From a virus: DNA of 64,000 nt. Under the pieces are notes generated by a model that saw nothing but the letters and a program-made list of their open reading frames with translations, was not told the DNA's origin and made no database searches. This document shows positions 11,749 to 21,996 of the stretch, piece after piece. Made by a program: the position numbers and the translations under genes. The stretch's first letter is position 1, and the number at the start of each line of letters is the position of its first letter. Where the stretch lies: the IMG/VR virus record IMGVR_UViG_3300046002_005110, positions 1 to 64,000 of that record. One strand, 5' to 3'.

Positions 11749-12696
11749 TTAGTCTAAATCAACAACCCATCCACCAGTTTTAGAATCAAAATTAGCCATT
11801 AACGTATTACCAGATGCAAATGGAGATGAAACTTTCATAACTGGACGTCCATAATTATCTAATGTAATACTACCAGCTTGAACTGTTTTCATACCTAACT
11901 TCTGACCAGTTCCACTATTGATAAAGTTAACTTCAATATCACCACCACTATCTTCATTCAATGATTCATCAATACCAATATATTTCATGAACTTTTCACG
12001 ACTAAAACGCGGATTTTGTTTTTTGAAAATCTCACAGTGATGATTGGCTAATTCTTTACGCTTGCTTTCATCAGGAATTTCTTTGATAAGTTCGGCTACT
12101 TGACGAAAATCTTTACGACTAGCAGCTTCGTTTAACTCATCATCTACACCATTACAGTTATTCCACCATTCAACGGCTTCTTCTGAACTCATACCATATT
12201 CATCTGCATTTGCCACAAAATCTTCTTTCTCCATAGACATTGCTTGATCTTCAAGATACCGCTTCATAGCGCCTTCATCTAAAGTTTGTGAATTATCATT
12301 TTCACTTTTATTTTTCATTTCTTCTCTAGCATAGTCTCTGAGAATTTCTAAGATAGTTTCACCAGCTTCACCAGTGAAAAACATTCCAGCAAAATCACCA
12401 TGTTCTACACCAAGTGCATCTTGAATACTTAGAGCAGCAGCATCAAGTGCATCATTAGCCAATGTTTCTATATCACTACTAGAACCACTGTCTTCAGATA
12501 CTTCTTTGTCATCACCAGTGACTTTATCACCTAACCATCCACCAATGGCAGCACCTGGTAAACCACCTACCATTGATCCAATTGCTCCGCCGGTTAATGC
12601 TCCGCCAATATCTTCATTTAAATTGATTTTTTTACCTTGATCTACTGCTTCAATTAAATTTAGCATTGATCTCATACGTGTTTGATTGTCTAACAT
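11749..12696 (-). CDS. Modular acidic protein, putative internal head protein with glycine zipper
   Basis: 315 aa; GGALTGGAIGSMVGGLPGAAIGGWLG; recurrent LxE/VxE motifs; late promoter at 12719-12726 and AGGA SD. Confidence 0.7.
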   Translation of the reverse strand: MLDNQTRMRSMLNLIEAVDQGKKINLNEDIGGALTGGAIGSMVGGLPGAAIGGWLGDKVTGDDKEVSEDSGSSSDIETLANDALDAAALSIQDALGVEHGDFAGMFFTGEAGETILEILRDYAREEMKNKSENDNSQTLDEGAMKRYLEDQAMSMEKEDFVANADEYGMSSEEAVEWWNNCNGVDDELNEAASRKDFRQVAELIKEIPDESKRKELANHHCEIFKKQNPRFSREKFMKYIGIDESLNEDSGGDIEVNFINSGTGQKLGMKTVQAGSITLDNYGRPVMKVSSPFASGNTLMANFDSKTGGWVVDLD

Positions 12697-12743
12697 GATA
12701 GTATCCTATATTATACTGTATTTATCATTTTCTACCATATTTG

Positions 12744-12772
12744 TTGACATTTAATGAATGACAGTGTATATT
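12744..12772 (+). promoter_or_regulatory. Sigma70-like promoter upstream of the HNH gene
   Basis: TTGACA-17 nt-TATATT. Confidence 0.55.
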
Positions 12773-12811
12773 GAAAAGTAATATTAGTAACAGCGAAAGA
12801 TAAATATGTTC

Positions 12812-13543
12812 ATGAACCAATTTAACAACACAAAATACACACGATGGTACTATAGTATCATCGAAAAACGAGCCATTTTAGATAAAGACTCTCGTGGTGA
12901 AATACACCATATTATCCCACGGAGTCTAGGAGGAGATGATTCACCAGGTAATCTTGTCAAATTAACTGGACATGATCACGCTTGGTGTCATTGGCTTCTA
13001 ACTAAAATGACCGCTGGAGAAAACAGATCAAAAATGATCTATGCTTTCAATATGATGGGTGTTTATGGAGAACATATGGAACGTCAATCATCATATGCTA
13101 TTGTTCGTGCCTATGAGAAGAATCGGTTAGAATGGAGTAAGAATCATAGCGAAAATATGAAAGGACGAGAACCTTGGAATAAAGGTCTTGATATGAAAGA
13201 TGATCCTCGTTGTAAAGGTGGTGTAAAAAATCGTGGTAAAAAACGTGACCCAAAGGCCAGTGAACAGGCTGCAGCCAAACATAGAGGTAGAAAAAATACC
13301 GAAGAAACAAAAAGTAAAATGAGTATGTCTCAAAAAGGAATACCCAAACCCAAAAGTGATGAATTTAGGTCACAAGTAAGTAAAACATTGACAGGCAAAC
13401 CTAAACGAAAAGGTCACGGTGAATCTGTTGCTGCCGCCAATCGTGGTAGAAAAATCATCAACAAGAACGGAATAGAAAAGAGAGCAATCTCAGATGATCT
13501 TCAATCATATCTTGATGATGGTTGGTCATTAGGTCGGCCATGA
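12812..13543 (+). CDS. Free-standing HNH homing endonuclease with NUMOD3-like repeats
   Basis: EIHHIIPRSLGGDDSPGNLVKLTGHDHAWCHWLL core; basic repeats such as GRKNTEETKSKMS. ATG 12812 lies 5 nt after GATAAATA (12799-12806). Confidence 0.88.
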   Translation: MNQFNNTKYTRWYYSIIEKRAILDKDSRGEIHHIIPRSLGGDDSPGNLVKLTGHDHAWCHWLLTKMTAGENRSKMIYAFNMMGVYGEHMERQSSYAIVRAYEKNRLEWSKNHSENMKGREPWNKGLDMKDDPRCKGGVKNRGKKRDPKASEQAAAKHRGRKNTEETKSKMSMSQKGIPKPKSDEFRSQVSKTLTGKPKRKGHGESVAAANRGRKIINKNGIEKRAISDDLQSYLDDGWSLGRP

Positions 13544-13559
13544 ATGAAGCGATCAGCGT

Positions 13560-13587
13560 AAAAAAGGGACCCGAAGGTCCCTTTTTT
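13560..13587. terminator. Bidirectional intrinsic terminator between the MCP and HNH genes
   Basis: AAAAAA-GGGACC-CGAA-GGTCCC-TTTTTT, with a UUCG loop on the minus strand. Confidence 0.92.
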
Positions 13588-13606
13588 ATTATCAATACCA
13601 ATAAAA

Positions 13607-14803
13607 TTATTGGAAACTGATGTTGGTTACAGCTATCTCACCGACATAATCAGCAGCATTACCAAAGCTGGATGCTGTGTTTGTAAGCTCGACGTAGCCG
13701 TATCTCGTCATAAACGAAACGACTGGTTCGAATGTCTGTGGATCTAGAACAACACCACTGCTCATTAATGGAATGTATGGGCAATAGAATGCAGCTGCGT
13801 CTGTTTCTGAAGAACCCTTATAACCAACTAGAACTGGTGTTCCACTTGGAGCATATGAGTCAACGAAAACGCGCATTGCGTTGTTCAATGTACCGACTAA
13901 TTTTGTATTAGTAGGTGCTTCGAATGTACCTTCTGTGGTACGGGCGAAAGCTGATGTTGTAGCAGACTGAAGAACAGTCAACATTTCTGAAGAAACAACA
14001 CACCAGTTACCAGCTCCACGACGAGTACGTTGGGCGATTAGGTTAGCAACACGGTTAATTAGAACAGCTAAAGCAGCGTGTTCGTCACCAACGTATGTAG
14101 CAGTACCAGAAACGGTAGCTTGGTTGTATGTATATTCAGTAGCAGCTAACTGACGTAATGAAAGAAGAATTTCTTGGTCAATTTCAGCAGTAATTTCTTG
14201 TGCTAAAGCGGCCATGATTTCGGCTTCAACGTCGATACCATGCATTGATTGTGCGTCTTGAGCAGCTTCGAATGTCCAACGAGCTTGTAACTTACGGCTC
14301 TTGGCTTCAACAGCTTGACGTAGAATCTGAACACTAATTGCTTTTCCGCCGTTACCTTCAAGAGTAGCGGTTGGAGCTGCAGTATAGCTGTATGCTGTAT
14401 TAACATCAGACTTTGTACGTGAATACGCTTGAGCGATCAAGAATGGTGATAGAGCTTCGTCACCAGCCACAACCGAAGTTTGAGCTGCTGAGTCGTCTGT
14501 CAAGTTTTGAGCATAGCGAACACGTAGTGTATGAATCTGTCCAACTGGACCAGTCATTGGTTGAACACCAATTAACTCGTTAGCGATAACAGTAGGCATA
14601 ACACGGCGGATAACTGGAAGAATGACACGGTTTAGTGTGGCAATATTACCAGCGGTTGTAGTTCCAGCATTACTTTCAGAAAGTAGTTGCTTTTTGGTGT
14701 TTTCTAAAATAACACCCATTGATGAGCGGCGGACGCCTTTGAGACCTTCAAGGAGGGCTTCTTTGGTTTCATTCCAGCGGCTCTCTAATAGTACTTTTGA
14801 CAT
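13607..14803 (-). CDS. gp23: Major capsid protein (T4 gp23 family)
   Basis: LPVIRRVMP, GVQPMTGPVG, AKSRKL, EITAEID, FYCPYIPL, FMTRYG motifs; AGGAG SD. Confidence 0.97.
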   Translation of the reverse strand: MSKVLLESRWNETKEALLEGLKGVRRSSMGVILENTKKQLLSESNAGTTTAGNIATLNRVILPVIRRVMPTVIANELIGVQPMTGPVGQIHTLRVRYAQNLTDDSAAQTSVVAGDEALSPFLIAQAYSRTKSDVNTAYSYTAAPTATLEGNGGKAISVQILRQAVEAKSRKLQARWTFEAAQDAQSMHGIDVEAEIMAALAQEITAEIDQEILLSLRQLAATEYTYNQATVSGTATYVGDEHAALAVLINRVANLIAQRTRRGAGNWCVVSSEMLTVLQSATTSAFARTTEGTFEAPTNTKLVGTLNNAMRVFVDSYAPSGTPVLVGYKGSSETDAAAFYCPYIPLMSSGVVLDPQTFEPVVSFMTRYGYVELTNTASSFGNAADYVGEIAVTNISFQ

Positions 14804-14832
14804 TTAATTATCTCCTGTTAATAGTATGTCGA

Positions 14833-15936
14833 TTAAAGCCCTGCCAGACGCTTGATATCAATCACGTTATCACGTTCTTGGGTCTCAACTTCTGTTTTCT
14901 TGGCAGATTTATCACCAGTAATTGCTACACTTTCAGAAACCATTTGTTTTTTAGCAACTGGTCTTTGTTCTGTTAATGTATTCAATACTGCTGGTAGATA
15001 CTTGTCGAATGCGCCTTTCAATTTTGGTGTTTGGACGCTTTCTAGTAAGTTCTTCATTACTTGGGCTTTGTCTTCATTTAGTGTTCCGAGTAATTCACTC
15101 ATAGTACGTTCACGAAGGTTACTTTCTTTAATAATGCGAACTTCACGGTTTTTACTTTCTACTAAACGTTGTGATTGTTTAGCATTTTCGATAGATTCAG
15201 CTAATTGTTGATCTTTTTGATCTAAAATTGCAAGAAGTTTACGTGTCTCTGCTTTTTCGTTCAAATGTGTTGAACTAAATTCAGCGGCAAAGGCTTCGAA
15301 CAAACGACGACCGAAAGTGTTTTCATTTGCACTCTTAATGTCTTCTTTCAATTGACTGATTTCGCCTGTTAAATGTGTACTGATTGCTGAACTAACTTTT
15401 TTGGCACTTTCAGCTACAAATTTAGCTTTAAGTGAATCAAGTTGGTGTTTAGCTTCTGCAACTAATTTGACCTTGGCTTCTACTACTGCACGTTTATCAG
15501 TTTCAAATTCTCCAATTTCGCGGGCTAGAGCTGTTACTACGAATTGTTCTAGTTTACCACGAGCTTCCATTTGAACTTTACGATCATTACGTAATTCTTT
15601 GATTTCTTCGGCTAGTTTAGTAACCATAAATTCATTGAATTTTTGTACATTTTCACGTAATTTGACTTGTGCTTTGACACGGTCTTCATTCATTGCTTGT
15701 CTTTCTGTTTGAAATTCTGTAATTTCACCAGTTAGACCTTCAGTAACCATCTTATCAAGGGCTTCTACCATTACGTTCTTGTCATGCTCATATTTCTGTG
15801 CGAATTCCTCACGGAGTTCTGAACGAACTTGTTCGCGAGCTTCGTTTAATTTTACTTCCCATGCCTCATTAATGGCTTGGGCTGTATCTTCAGTAACGAT
15901 TCCGCTTTCAAGTAATGGTTTGATGGCATCAAACAT
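14833..15936 (-). CDS. gp22: Prohead core scaffolding protein (gp22-like)
   Basis: Coiled-coil, Glu-rich, located between protease and MCP genes. Confidence 0.85.
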   Translation of the reverse strand: MFDAIKPLLESGIVTEDTAQAINEAWEVKLNEAREQVRSELREEFAQKYEHDKNVMVEALDKMVTEGLTGEITEFQTERQAMNEDRVKAQVKLRENVQKFNEFMVTKLAEEIKELRNDRKVQMEARGKLEQFVVTALAREIGEFETDKRAVVEAKVKLVAEAKHQLDSLKAKFVAESAKKVSSAISTHLTGEISQLKEDIKSANENTFGRRLFEAFAAEFSSTHLNEKAETRKLLAILDQKDQQLAESIENAKQSQRLVESKNREVRIIKESNLRERTMSELLGTLNEDKAQVMKNLLESVQTPKLKGAFDKYLPAVLNTLTEQRPVAKKQMVSESVAITGDKSAKKTEVETQERDNVIDIKRLAGL

Positions 15937-15947
15937 TGATATCCCCT

Positions 15948-16589
15948 TTAAATTTTTAAGTCCTTGATAAGACGAGTTACCTCTTCTTTCAAGAATTTTT
16001 GGACTTTAGCATCCTTGTCCAAATTTGTACCTTTTAAGTTTTCTAGTACACGATGACCATTTTTCATGTTCATGAGTCCTTCATAGATTGCTTTTGGGTA
16101 TGCATTTGGAGCACTGGGTTGTGCCACGATGTCCACAGTGACTATTTCAAAATCACTGACTTTGCCTGTAGCTTCATCAACGTTACCGCTGCCTCTGCTA
16201 CTAACGCCGAGTTTGACTCCATTCTCTAACATGGTGGCAGCTAACTGTCCCATTGGAGTTGGAATAATTTTTAATTTACCGAAACCATTAGCGCCATCCA
16301 TCCACATTTCTGTGATGATATGACTAACTCTATCTAGATTTATTTTCAAATCATCTGGATGATCGATTTCACCCAATACTGAGTTTCCATTTCGGATTTG
16401 TTCGTTTAAAGTTACAACGGCTTGTTCAATTTCAGGAACGGGGTAAACACGCTCATTTGCGTTCTTCACCCCCCCCTGGATAAAAATTCCTCTCATATAA
16501 AGAGATTTTTTATCACCTTCTTCCTTAACTGATTCGACTATGAGGTTCGCTCTGTCGAATGTTAAGTTCTCTCTAAGATACAAAGCCAT
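15948..16589 (-). CDS. gp21: Prohead maturation protease (gp21)
   Basis: GIFIQ, NANERVYP, LGEIDHP, GVSSRGSG, DIVAQPSAPNA. Confidence 0.95.
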   Translation of the reverse strand: MALYLRENLTFDRANLIVESVKEEGDKKSLYMRGIFIQGGVKNANERVYPVPEIEQAVVTLNEQIRNGNSVLGEIDHPDDLKINLDRVSHIITEMWMDGANGFGKLKIIPTPMGQLAATMLENGVKLGVSSRGSGNVDEATGKVSDFEIVTVDIVAQPSAPNAYPKAIYEGLMNMKNGHRVLENLKGTNLDKDAKVQKFLKEEVTRLIKDLKI

Positions 16590-16603
16590 TTATACCTTAT
16601 CCT

Positions 16604-17425
16604 TTAGATTCTACGCTTGGTAGTGCGACGGCTTTCTGGAACCGCACTGCGCTCATTTGTACCACTAGCCTGTGTTTTAGTTGGCTTAGGAGCACTTTCA
16701 CCCTTACCTGAACCGTTGCTAGCATCGCCACCAACTTTGTTCTTGAATGATCCAGCACCTTTAACTTCTGTTTCGCCTTTAGCGCCATAATTTGTTGGCT
16801 TCTTTGGGCTAGTAGGAACTGATTCTGAACTACCACTAAAGTTAACTGGCTTTGATGCCATTCCTTTTTGACCACTGTTAGCGTCTACTGTGCTTTTCTT
16901 TGATGAACCATCGGCTCCGTCAGTATGTGTTACTGAAACCTTTTTTAATTCAACGGCTTCCATAACGTCACTTTCTTCGTCGCCTTCTTCGCTACCAAAT
17001 TCTTCTTCGCCAGCTTCTTCATCACCACCAAATTCTTGTTCAAATTCGGCCATTAATTGATCAAGTTTGTCTTCAAGATCAACAACCCGATCTTCAAGTT
17101 CTTCTTCTTCGTATTCTTCACCTTCTTCGTCACTGTCTAGTTCAACTTCATCGTCAAACTCAACATCGCCATCTTCACCATCAACATCATAGTCACCTTC
17201 AATTTCTTCGTCATCTAGGAATTCATCATCTTCCATCATTCCATCCATGCCTTCTTCTTCAGAAGTAACTTCGTCAACAAAACCACTGGTCATGTCTTCG
17301 TTAATCAGTGATTCATAAATATCGCGTGATTTTTCAACTACGATTTCGTGAAATAATTGTTCCGCTTTCTCATTGTCTTCATTGATAATAAGATCAATAA
17401 GTTTTTCAAATTTTGCTGTAGACAT
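16604..17425 (-). CDS. Highly acidic prohead core protein (gp67-like by position)
   Basis: D/E-rich centre, basic C-terminus; GCTAAATA promoter at 17460-17467 and AAGGAG SD. Confidence 0.7.
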   Translation of the reverse strand: MSTAKFEKLIDLIINEDNEKAEQLFHEIVVEKSRDIYESLINEDMTSGFVDEVTSEEEGMDGMMEDDEFLDDEEIEGDYDVDGEDGDVEFDDEVELDSDEEGEEYEEEELEDRVVDLEDKLDQLMAEFEQEFGGDEEAGEEEFGSEEGDEESDVMEAVELKKVSVTHTDGADGSSKKSTVDANSGQKGMASKPVNFSGSSESVPTSPKKPTNYGAKGETEVKGAGSFKNKVGGDASNGSGKGESAPKPTKTQASGTNERSAVPESRRTTKRRI

Positions 17426-17532
17426 TTAAAATCTCCTTATGTAAATGGCTTTGTATTAATATTTAGCGAATAGCCAAAAAAATAGCGTAATATGTACGCA
17501 TTTTATGTGTTTTTTAAATATATAATATAGAT

Positions 17533-17757
17533 TTACAAACCGCCACCTTCGGCTGGTGGAGCACCATATTGTTTTCTGATGTTTTTTAAATCAATCGCTC
17601 GTTCATAACTTTGAACTTCGTTCATTTTACGAATCTTGGATATCATACCAAGTGTTAATTTGGTTTTGCGTGACTCGCCCCATTCTGGTTGAGATTTATC
17701 ATCTTCAACATCTTGCCAACCTTGAGGCGCGGGGTTATAAAATTCTGTTAGATACAT
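17533..17757 (-). CDS. Small prohead protein (gp68-like by position)
   Basis: 74 aa, RKTKLTLGMISKIRKM; ATG 5 nt after GATAAATA (17763-17770). Confidence 0.7.
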   Translation of the reverse strand: MYLTEFYNPAPQGWQDVEDDKSQPEWGESRKTKLTLGMISKIRKMNEVQSYERAIDLKNIRKQYGAPPAEGGGL

Positions 17758-17772
17758 AATATTATTTATCTT

Positions 17773-19542
17773 TTATGCCGGTGGGGGAGTTGCCAATGCA
17801 CCCGGACTGGCAGTTTGATCATTGGCACCAACTGGTGCAGGAACTTCTGGAGCCATAGCATCTTCTCCTTCAGCATCACTTTCAATATTGTCGGCAGTTT
17901 CCAAATCACTATCAATATCACCAGTACTAATACCAACACTACGTAAATCAGAACCTTTGGCTTCTTGATCTTCTGGCTCAGATTTCTCTTCTTTCCATAA
18001 TTTCTGATTTTCTTTGATTTCTTCTTGACTTAATCCCAAGAATCTTTCCATGGCAAATCTAATACTCATATATGGTAACGCTGCCATAGTAGTAAATGTT
18101 TGAACTCTAGATGTATCCAATTCTGATTGACGATAACTAGCAAAGTTTTGTGGTGGAGTAAAGTGAATATCAAACAATCCACTATCAATATTAAATCCTC
18201 TCCAACGCATAAACAATTTAAACTCTTCATTGAGTTTTTTGCTCATATAACCTTGTAATCTCTCACAATACTTATTGAATCTAAACTCTTGAATCATAGC
18301 GGTACCAACACGACCATCACTTAATGGTGTTGGATTATCTTCTGGTCCAGTTGGCAAGTAACTACTTGGCACACGTAAACCACGAGCTAATCTGTTGTTG
18401 AAGTAACGTAAGTCATCAATCTCACCCAAGTTTTGTCCACCAGGCATAAGTTCTACACTAGATCCACGTCCATCGGCTGTTACTGGAAAGAAATAATCTT
18501 CATTTGTTGACAATGGATTGTAAGTAGCATCAACAATACTTTGACCACCTTGAATACTTGGAATTCTACGTTGATGAATTTCATCTTTAATACGATTAAC
18601 AAATGCCATAGCCATATTACTTGGCATGTTACCAACGTCAATCTTAAAAATTCTACGTTCTGGTGCTCGTTGAACACGATAGATTAGAACTGCATCTTCT
18701 AACAATTCTTTTTGTTTATAAACTTTAAAAATGTTTTCTAGTACACTTTGACCAAATGGCCAATAACGATCAAGACCTTCTGTCAATGATAGATGTACTA
18801 CATGTTTGGCATCAATTGCCATTTCATTAACACCCAAACTAAAACGTGTACCTGTTGTTCCGTATGGTTCATTTGGTACTGTATATGAATATGGTGCACT
18901 GTATCCTGCAGTTGGTGGTTGTGCTTGAAAGTCTGTACTAGTCTTTTCTGCTACAGTTAAATTTTGTAAATTTGGATTGATATCTTTAACTACATATTGT
19001 TCTGGTAATTTACCTGCACTTTCGTTTACGATAACTTTAACTACTTTAGTTGGATCAACCCAAAACAATTTGAATGTTTCTGGATCACGTAGAAATACTT
19101 GATCACCATATTTTACAGTGTTTCTAAATATTTTGAATGCTCTGACATCCATTTCATTTAATTTACACCATTGTTGTAATTGTTTACCAATCAACTCTAC
19201 TTCAGTTTGTGTTGGTTCCCCATTAAAATGAATATCAAATGGAGTTTTGTTATGTTCATTTAACTGTGTAGAAAATTCACTTAGAATATCTAAACATCCA
19301 TTGATTTCCGGATCACAATCCATCATTTCATATTGATTATATCGTTCAATACGGTTTGGATGTCCGGTATATACTTCTGGTAGACGACTTTGATAGTTTC
19401 TAAAGGCAAAATTATTATCCCAACCACCTGTTGGTTTTTGATTCATACCTGCGCCGCCATTCCAGGAACCTTCGTTACTGTTGGCGCCTGAAATTGGACT
19501 CAGTGATCCGTGTTTATTGGTAAATTTTTTCTTGTATGACAT
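17773..19542 (-). CDS. gp20: Portal vertex protein (gp20)
   Basis: LLEDAVLIYRVQRAPERRIFKIDVGNMP, EDYFFP, GGQNLGEIDD, LRVPSSYL; promoter GATAAATA at 19563-19570. Confidence 0.96.
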   Translation of the reverse strand: MSYKKKFTNKHGSLSPISGANSNEGSWNGGAGMNQKPTGGWDNNFAFRNYQSRLPEVYTGHPNRIERYNQYEMMDCDPEINGCLDILSEFSTQLNEHNKTPFDIHFNGEPTQTEVELIGKQLQQWCKLNEMDVRAFKIFRNTVKYGDQVFLRDPETFKLFWVDPTKVVKVIVNESAGKLPEQYVVKDINPNLQNLTVAEKTSTDFQAQPPTAGYSAPYSYTVPNEPYGTTGTRFSLGVNEMAIDAKHVVHLSLTEGLDRYWPFGQSVLENIFKVYKQKELLEDAVLIYRVQRAPERRIFKIDVGNMPSNMAMAFVNRIKDEIHQRRIPSIQGGQSIVDATYNPLSTNEDYFFPVTADGRGSSVELMPGGQNLGEIDDLRYFNNRLARGLRVPSSYLPTGPEDNPTPLSDGRVGTAMIQEFRFNKYCERLQGYMSKKLNEEFKLFMRWRGFNIDSGLFDIHFTPPQNFASYRQSELDTSRVQTFTTMAALPYMSIRFAMERFLGLSQEEIKENQKLWKEEKSEPEDQEAKGSDLRSVGISTGDIDSDLETADNIESDAEGEDAMAPEVPAPVGANDQTASPGALATPPPA

Positions 19543-19572
19543 ATCTCGTTTTCAATGTCTAGTATTTATCTA

Positions 19573-21981
19573 TTAGTTTAGCTTTGCTTCTAAAAACTTC
19601 TTTTGATTTTCCATACTAGTATCAGATAAATCTATCAACGTATCCATTTTTTCAAATAAATTATTAAACATTTCAGTAATTTTATTAGATGAATTAGTCA
19701 TCATTGATCCACTACCCAATGATGTTTTGCTTACACTTGACCCATCACCAATCTTTGATACAGATTCATCTCCGTGTAATTCTGCCAAATAACCACTTTC
19801 AGGTCCACTGAAAATACCACCTGTTCTTGCAGTTAAAGATCCAAGTTCATATCTTCCAGCACTAAAATGCATTGCATCAGATTTATTTGGCCAATCAAGA
19901 CCCCATCCTAATCCCATTGATTTAGCTGCTTGTCTTGTTCCCTCTGGCATGTCAGTTATTCTTTGAGATCCCATTGGATTTTCAGCAGGATTTATATCGA
20001 TTGCAGCGCCTCTAGAGTGATAACTGGGTGTGTTAGTTCCTGCTATATTTCTATCAGCATACCCACCTAAACTTTTTATCTTATATCCCGAAGCATCAAA
20101 CCAATCAATTAATCCTTGAAAGTTTTTAGCAAATTCAGTTGCAACTGATGTACTTTGTCCGGATTTACTTCTAATAGTCGATAATTTTACTCCTCCCGCT
20201 TCACCTGCTGATTTTGGTTCTTCGCCAGCTCCAGGTAATCTTGCACGAGTGGCATTTTCACCACCGGACACTGATGAAGGTGCAAATACACCAACTCCAG
20301 CATCTTTTTCCGCCTGTATTCTTTTAGCAGTTGCGATTGCTAATTGTTTTTGAGCCTCTTCTAGATTCTTTTTTGCTAGATACACATCACCAGACATAAC
20401 ACCGAGCTTAGTTGTGATAGAATCTACTAATGATCCTCTTATACCTCGATTTTTTCCAGTTTCACCAGATTCAGCATCTTTTAATTTTTTTCTTGCCTCA
20501 GATTCTTTTTCTATTGCCTGTCTTTCAGTCTTTTTTGCCGCCAAATGAGCAGGTAAATCTTCGCCGGCCATTTCATATAATTTTTCAGTTACAACCTCCA
20601 AACCGGTTGCCATGTGTTTCATTATTCCAGTTACAAGTTCACTACTGGTCGACATTTGTTCTATGTCTCTTCCTGCCTGTTCTAAAGCCTGTTTGGTATC
20701 AGCTAATTTTGCATTTTCACTATCTTTATCTGTTATTATCTGAGCTTGTTTTGCATTTTGTTCCTCCAACAATTTTTGAGTATCTTTATTTGCATGCATT
20801 TCAGCATTTGCTTGTTCAATAGAATACTTTCCACGAACAGTTGCATCACCATATCGTCTAGTTTCTTCAAGCGCCGCTTTTCTAGCAATTCCACTCAATC
20901 TATTAATTTCATTACGAGCGACACCAGCTTTCATTTCTCCATTTCTAAATTTTGTTAATATTGACGTTACCGCAGATGCTTGATCTCCAAAACTAGCCAA
21001 CATCTCGGCTGCTTTTGCTCTGCCTGCATCACCAGTAGTCAGATATTCTCTCATTCCTTCTTCTGTTAATTTTCCAGATTGAGCGGCTGTTAAATCAAGA
21101 AAAGTTTCATAAGTGTCTTTAAGTTTACCAGGAACATCAACCATACCTGCTCGCCAAGCCGCATCATTCATTCTGGCTTCTCTTGCGGTTTGTATATCTT
21201 TCTTACTTGCGCCAGTAATCTTACTAATAGTATCCAGTTCTTTTATATAGTTAACTGAACCTTGAATCATTTCATCTATGGTTTTCTTTTGTCCACGACC
21301 AGTACGCATCTGTTGATTAAGATAACTCAGTTGCATCTCAGAAAATTCTTCACTACTAATACCAAGTTTTTGAAAATCTCGTCTTACATCATAACTACTA
21401 ACTGATATTCTTTCAAATTCTTTTCTACCTTTTGTTGCTGATCCTGCAAATAATGCTAAATTTTTACTGTGTTTTGTTAAAATATTTTCGGACTGAGAAT
21501 AATTAAGTTGCATGGCACGTGCAGCATGTTTCATATCAGTAAAAGAAGTTACAACTCCACTATCACTTAATTTTTCGAAAGTTTGATATGATTTGTCAAA
21601 ACTCTCAACCATGAAAGAAGCAACTTCACCAACTCCTTCCGAAAATCCTTTGAGTGCTTTACCAACAAAAGGTAATCCACCCATAACTTTGCCTATGACT
21701 TTGAAACCCAATTTCATGGCATTTGTCAATGGTGCAAAACTTCCTGAGCTATTAGATAAACTTTTAGCAAATCCTGTTAGACCAGAAATAGATCCAGAAA
21801 TAGCCTTGGATAATTGCTTCTCAGATTCATTAAGTTCTTTTTCAATATCAGCACTGGTTTTTAACGAATTATCAAATATGTTATTACTTCTAGTAGTTCT
21901 TGCAATACTAGATTCAAAACTTTTTAGTTGTTTTGTGGTTTGTTCCAATTGATTTCGTAATTCATCTATTTCATTTGACAT
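19573..21981 (-). CDS. Tape-measure-like protein with M15-family peptidoglycan peptidase domain
   Basis: Long helical region; GGYADRNIAG...SYHSRGAAIDINP...WG...DAMHF; C-terminal GGIFSGPESGYLAELHGDE. Confidence 0.78.
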   Translation of the reverse strand: MSNEIDELRNQLEQTTKQLKSFESSIARTTRSNNIFDNSLKTSADIEKELNESEKQLSKAISGSISGLTGFAKSLSNSSGSFAPLTNAMKLGFKVIGKVMGGLPFVGKALKGFSEGVGEVASFMVESFDKSYQTFEKLSDSGVVTSFTDMKHAARAMQLNYSQSENILTKHSKNLALFAGSATKGRKEFERISVSSYDVRRDFQKLGISSEEFSEMQLSYLNQQMRTGRGQKKTIDEMIQGSVNYIKELDTISKITGASKKDIQTAREARMNDAAWRAGMVDVPGKLKDTYETFLDLTAAQSGKLTEEGMREYLTTGDAGRAKAAEMLASFGDQASAVTSILTKFRNGEMKAGVARNEINRLSGIARKAALEETRRYGDATVRGKYSIEQANAEMHANKDTQKLLEEQNAKQAQIITDKDSENAKLADTKQALEQAGRDIEQMSTSSELVTGIMKHMATGLEVVTEKLYEMAGEDLPAHLAAKKTERQAIEKESEARKKLKDAESGETGKNRGIRGSLVDSITTKLGVMSGDVYLAKKNLEEAQKQLAIATAKRIQAEKDAGVGVFAPSSVSGGENATRARLPGAGEEPKSAGEAGGVKLSTIRSKSGQSTSVATEFAKNFQGLIDWFDASGYKIKSLGGYADRNIAGTNTPSYHSRGAAIDINPAENPMGSQRITDMPEGTRQAAKSMGLGWGLDWPNKSDAMHFSAGRYELGSLTARTGGIFSGPESGYLAELHGDESVSKIGDGSSVSKTSLGSGSMMTNSSNKITEMFNNLFEKMDTLIDLSDTSMENQKKFLEAKLN

Positions 21982-21996
21982 GTTAATTATTCACTT

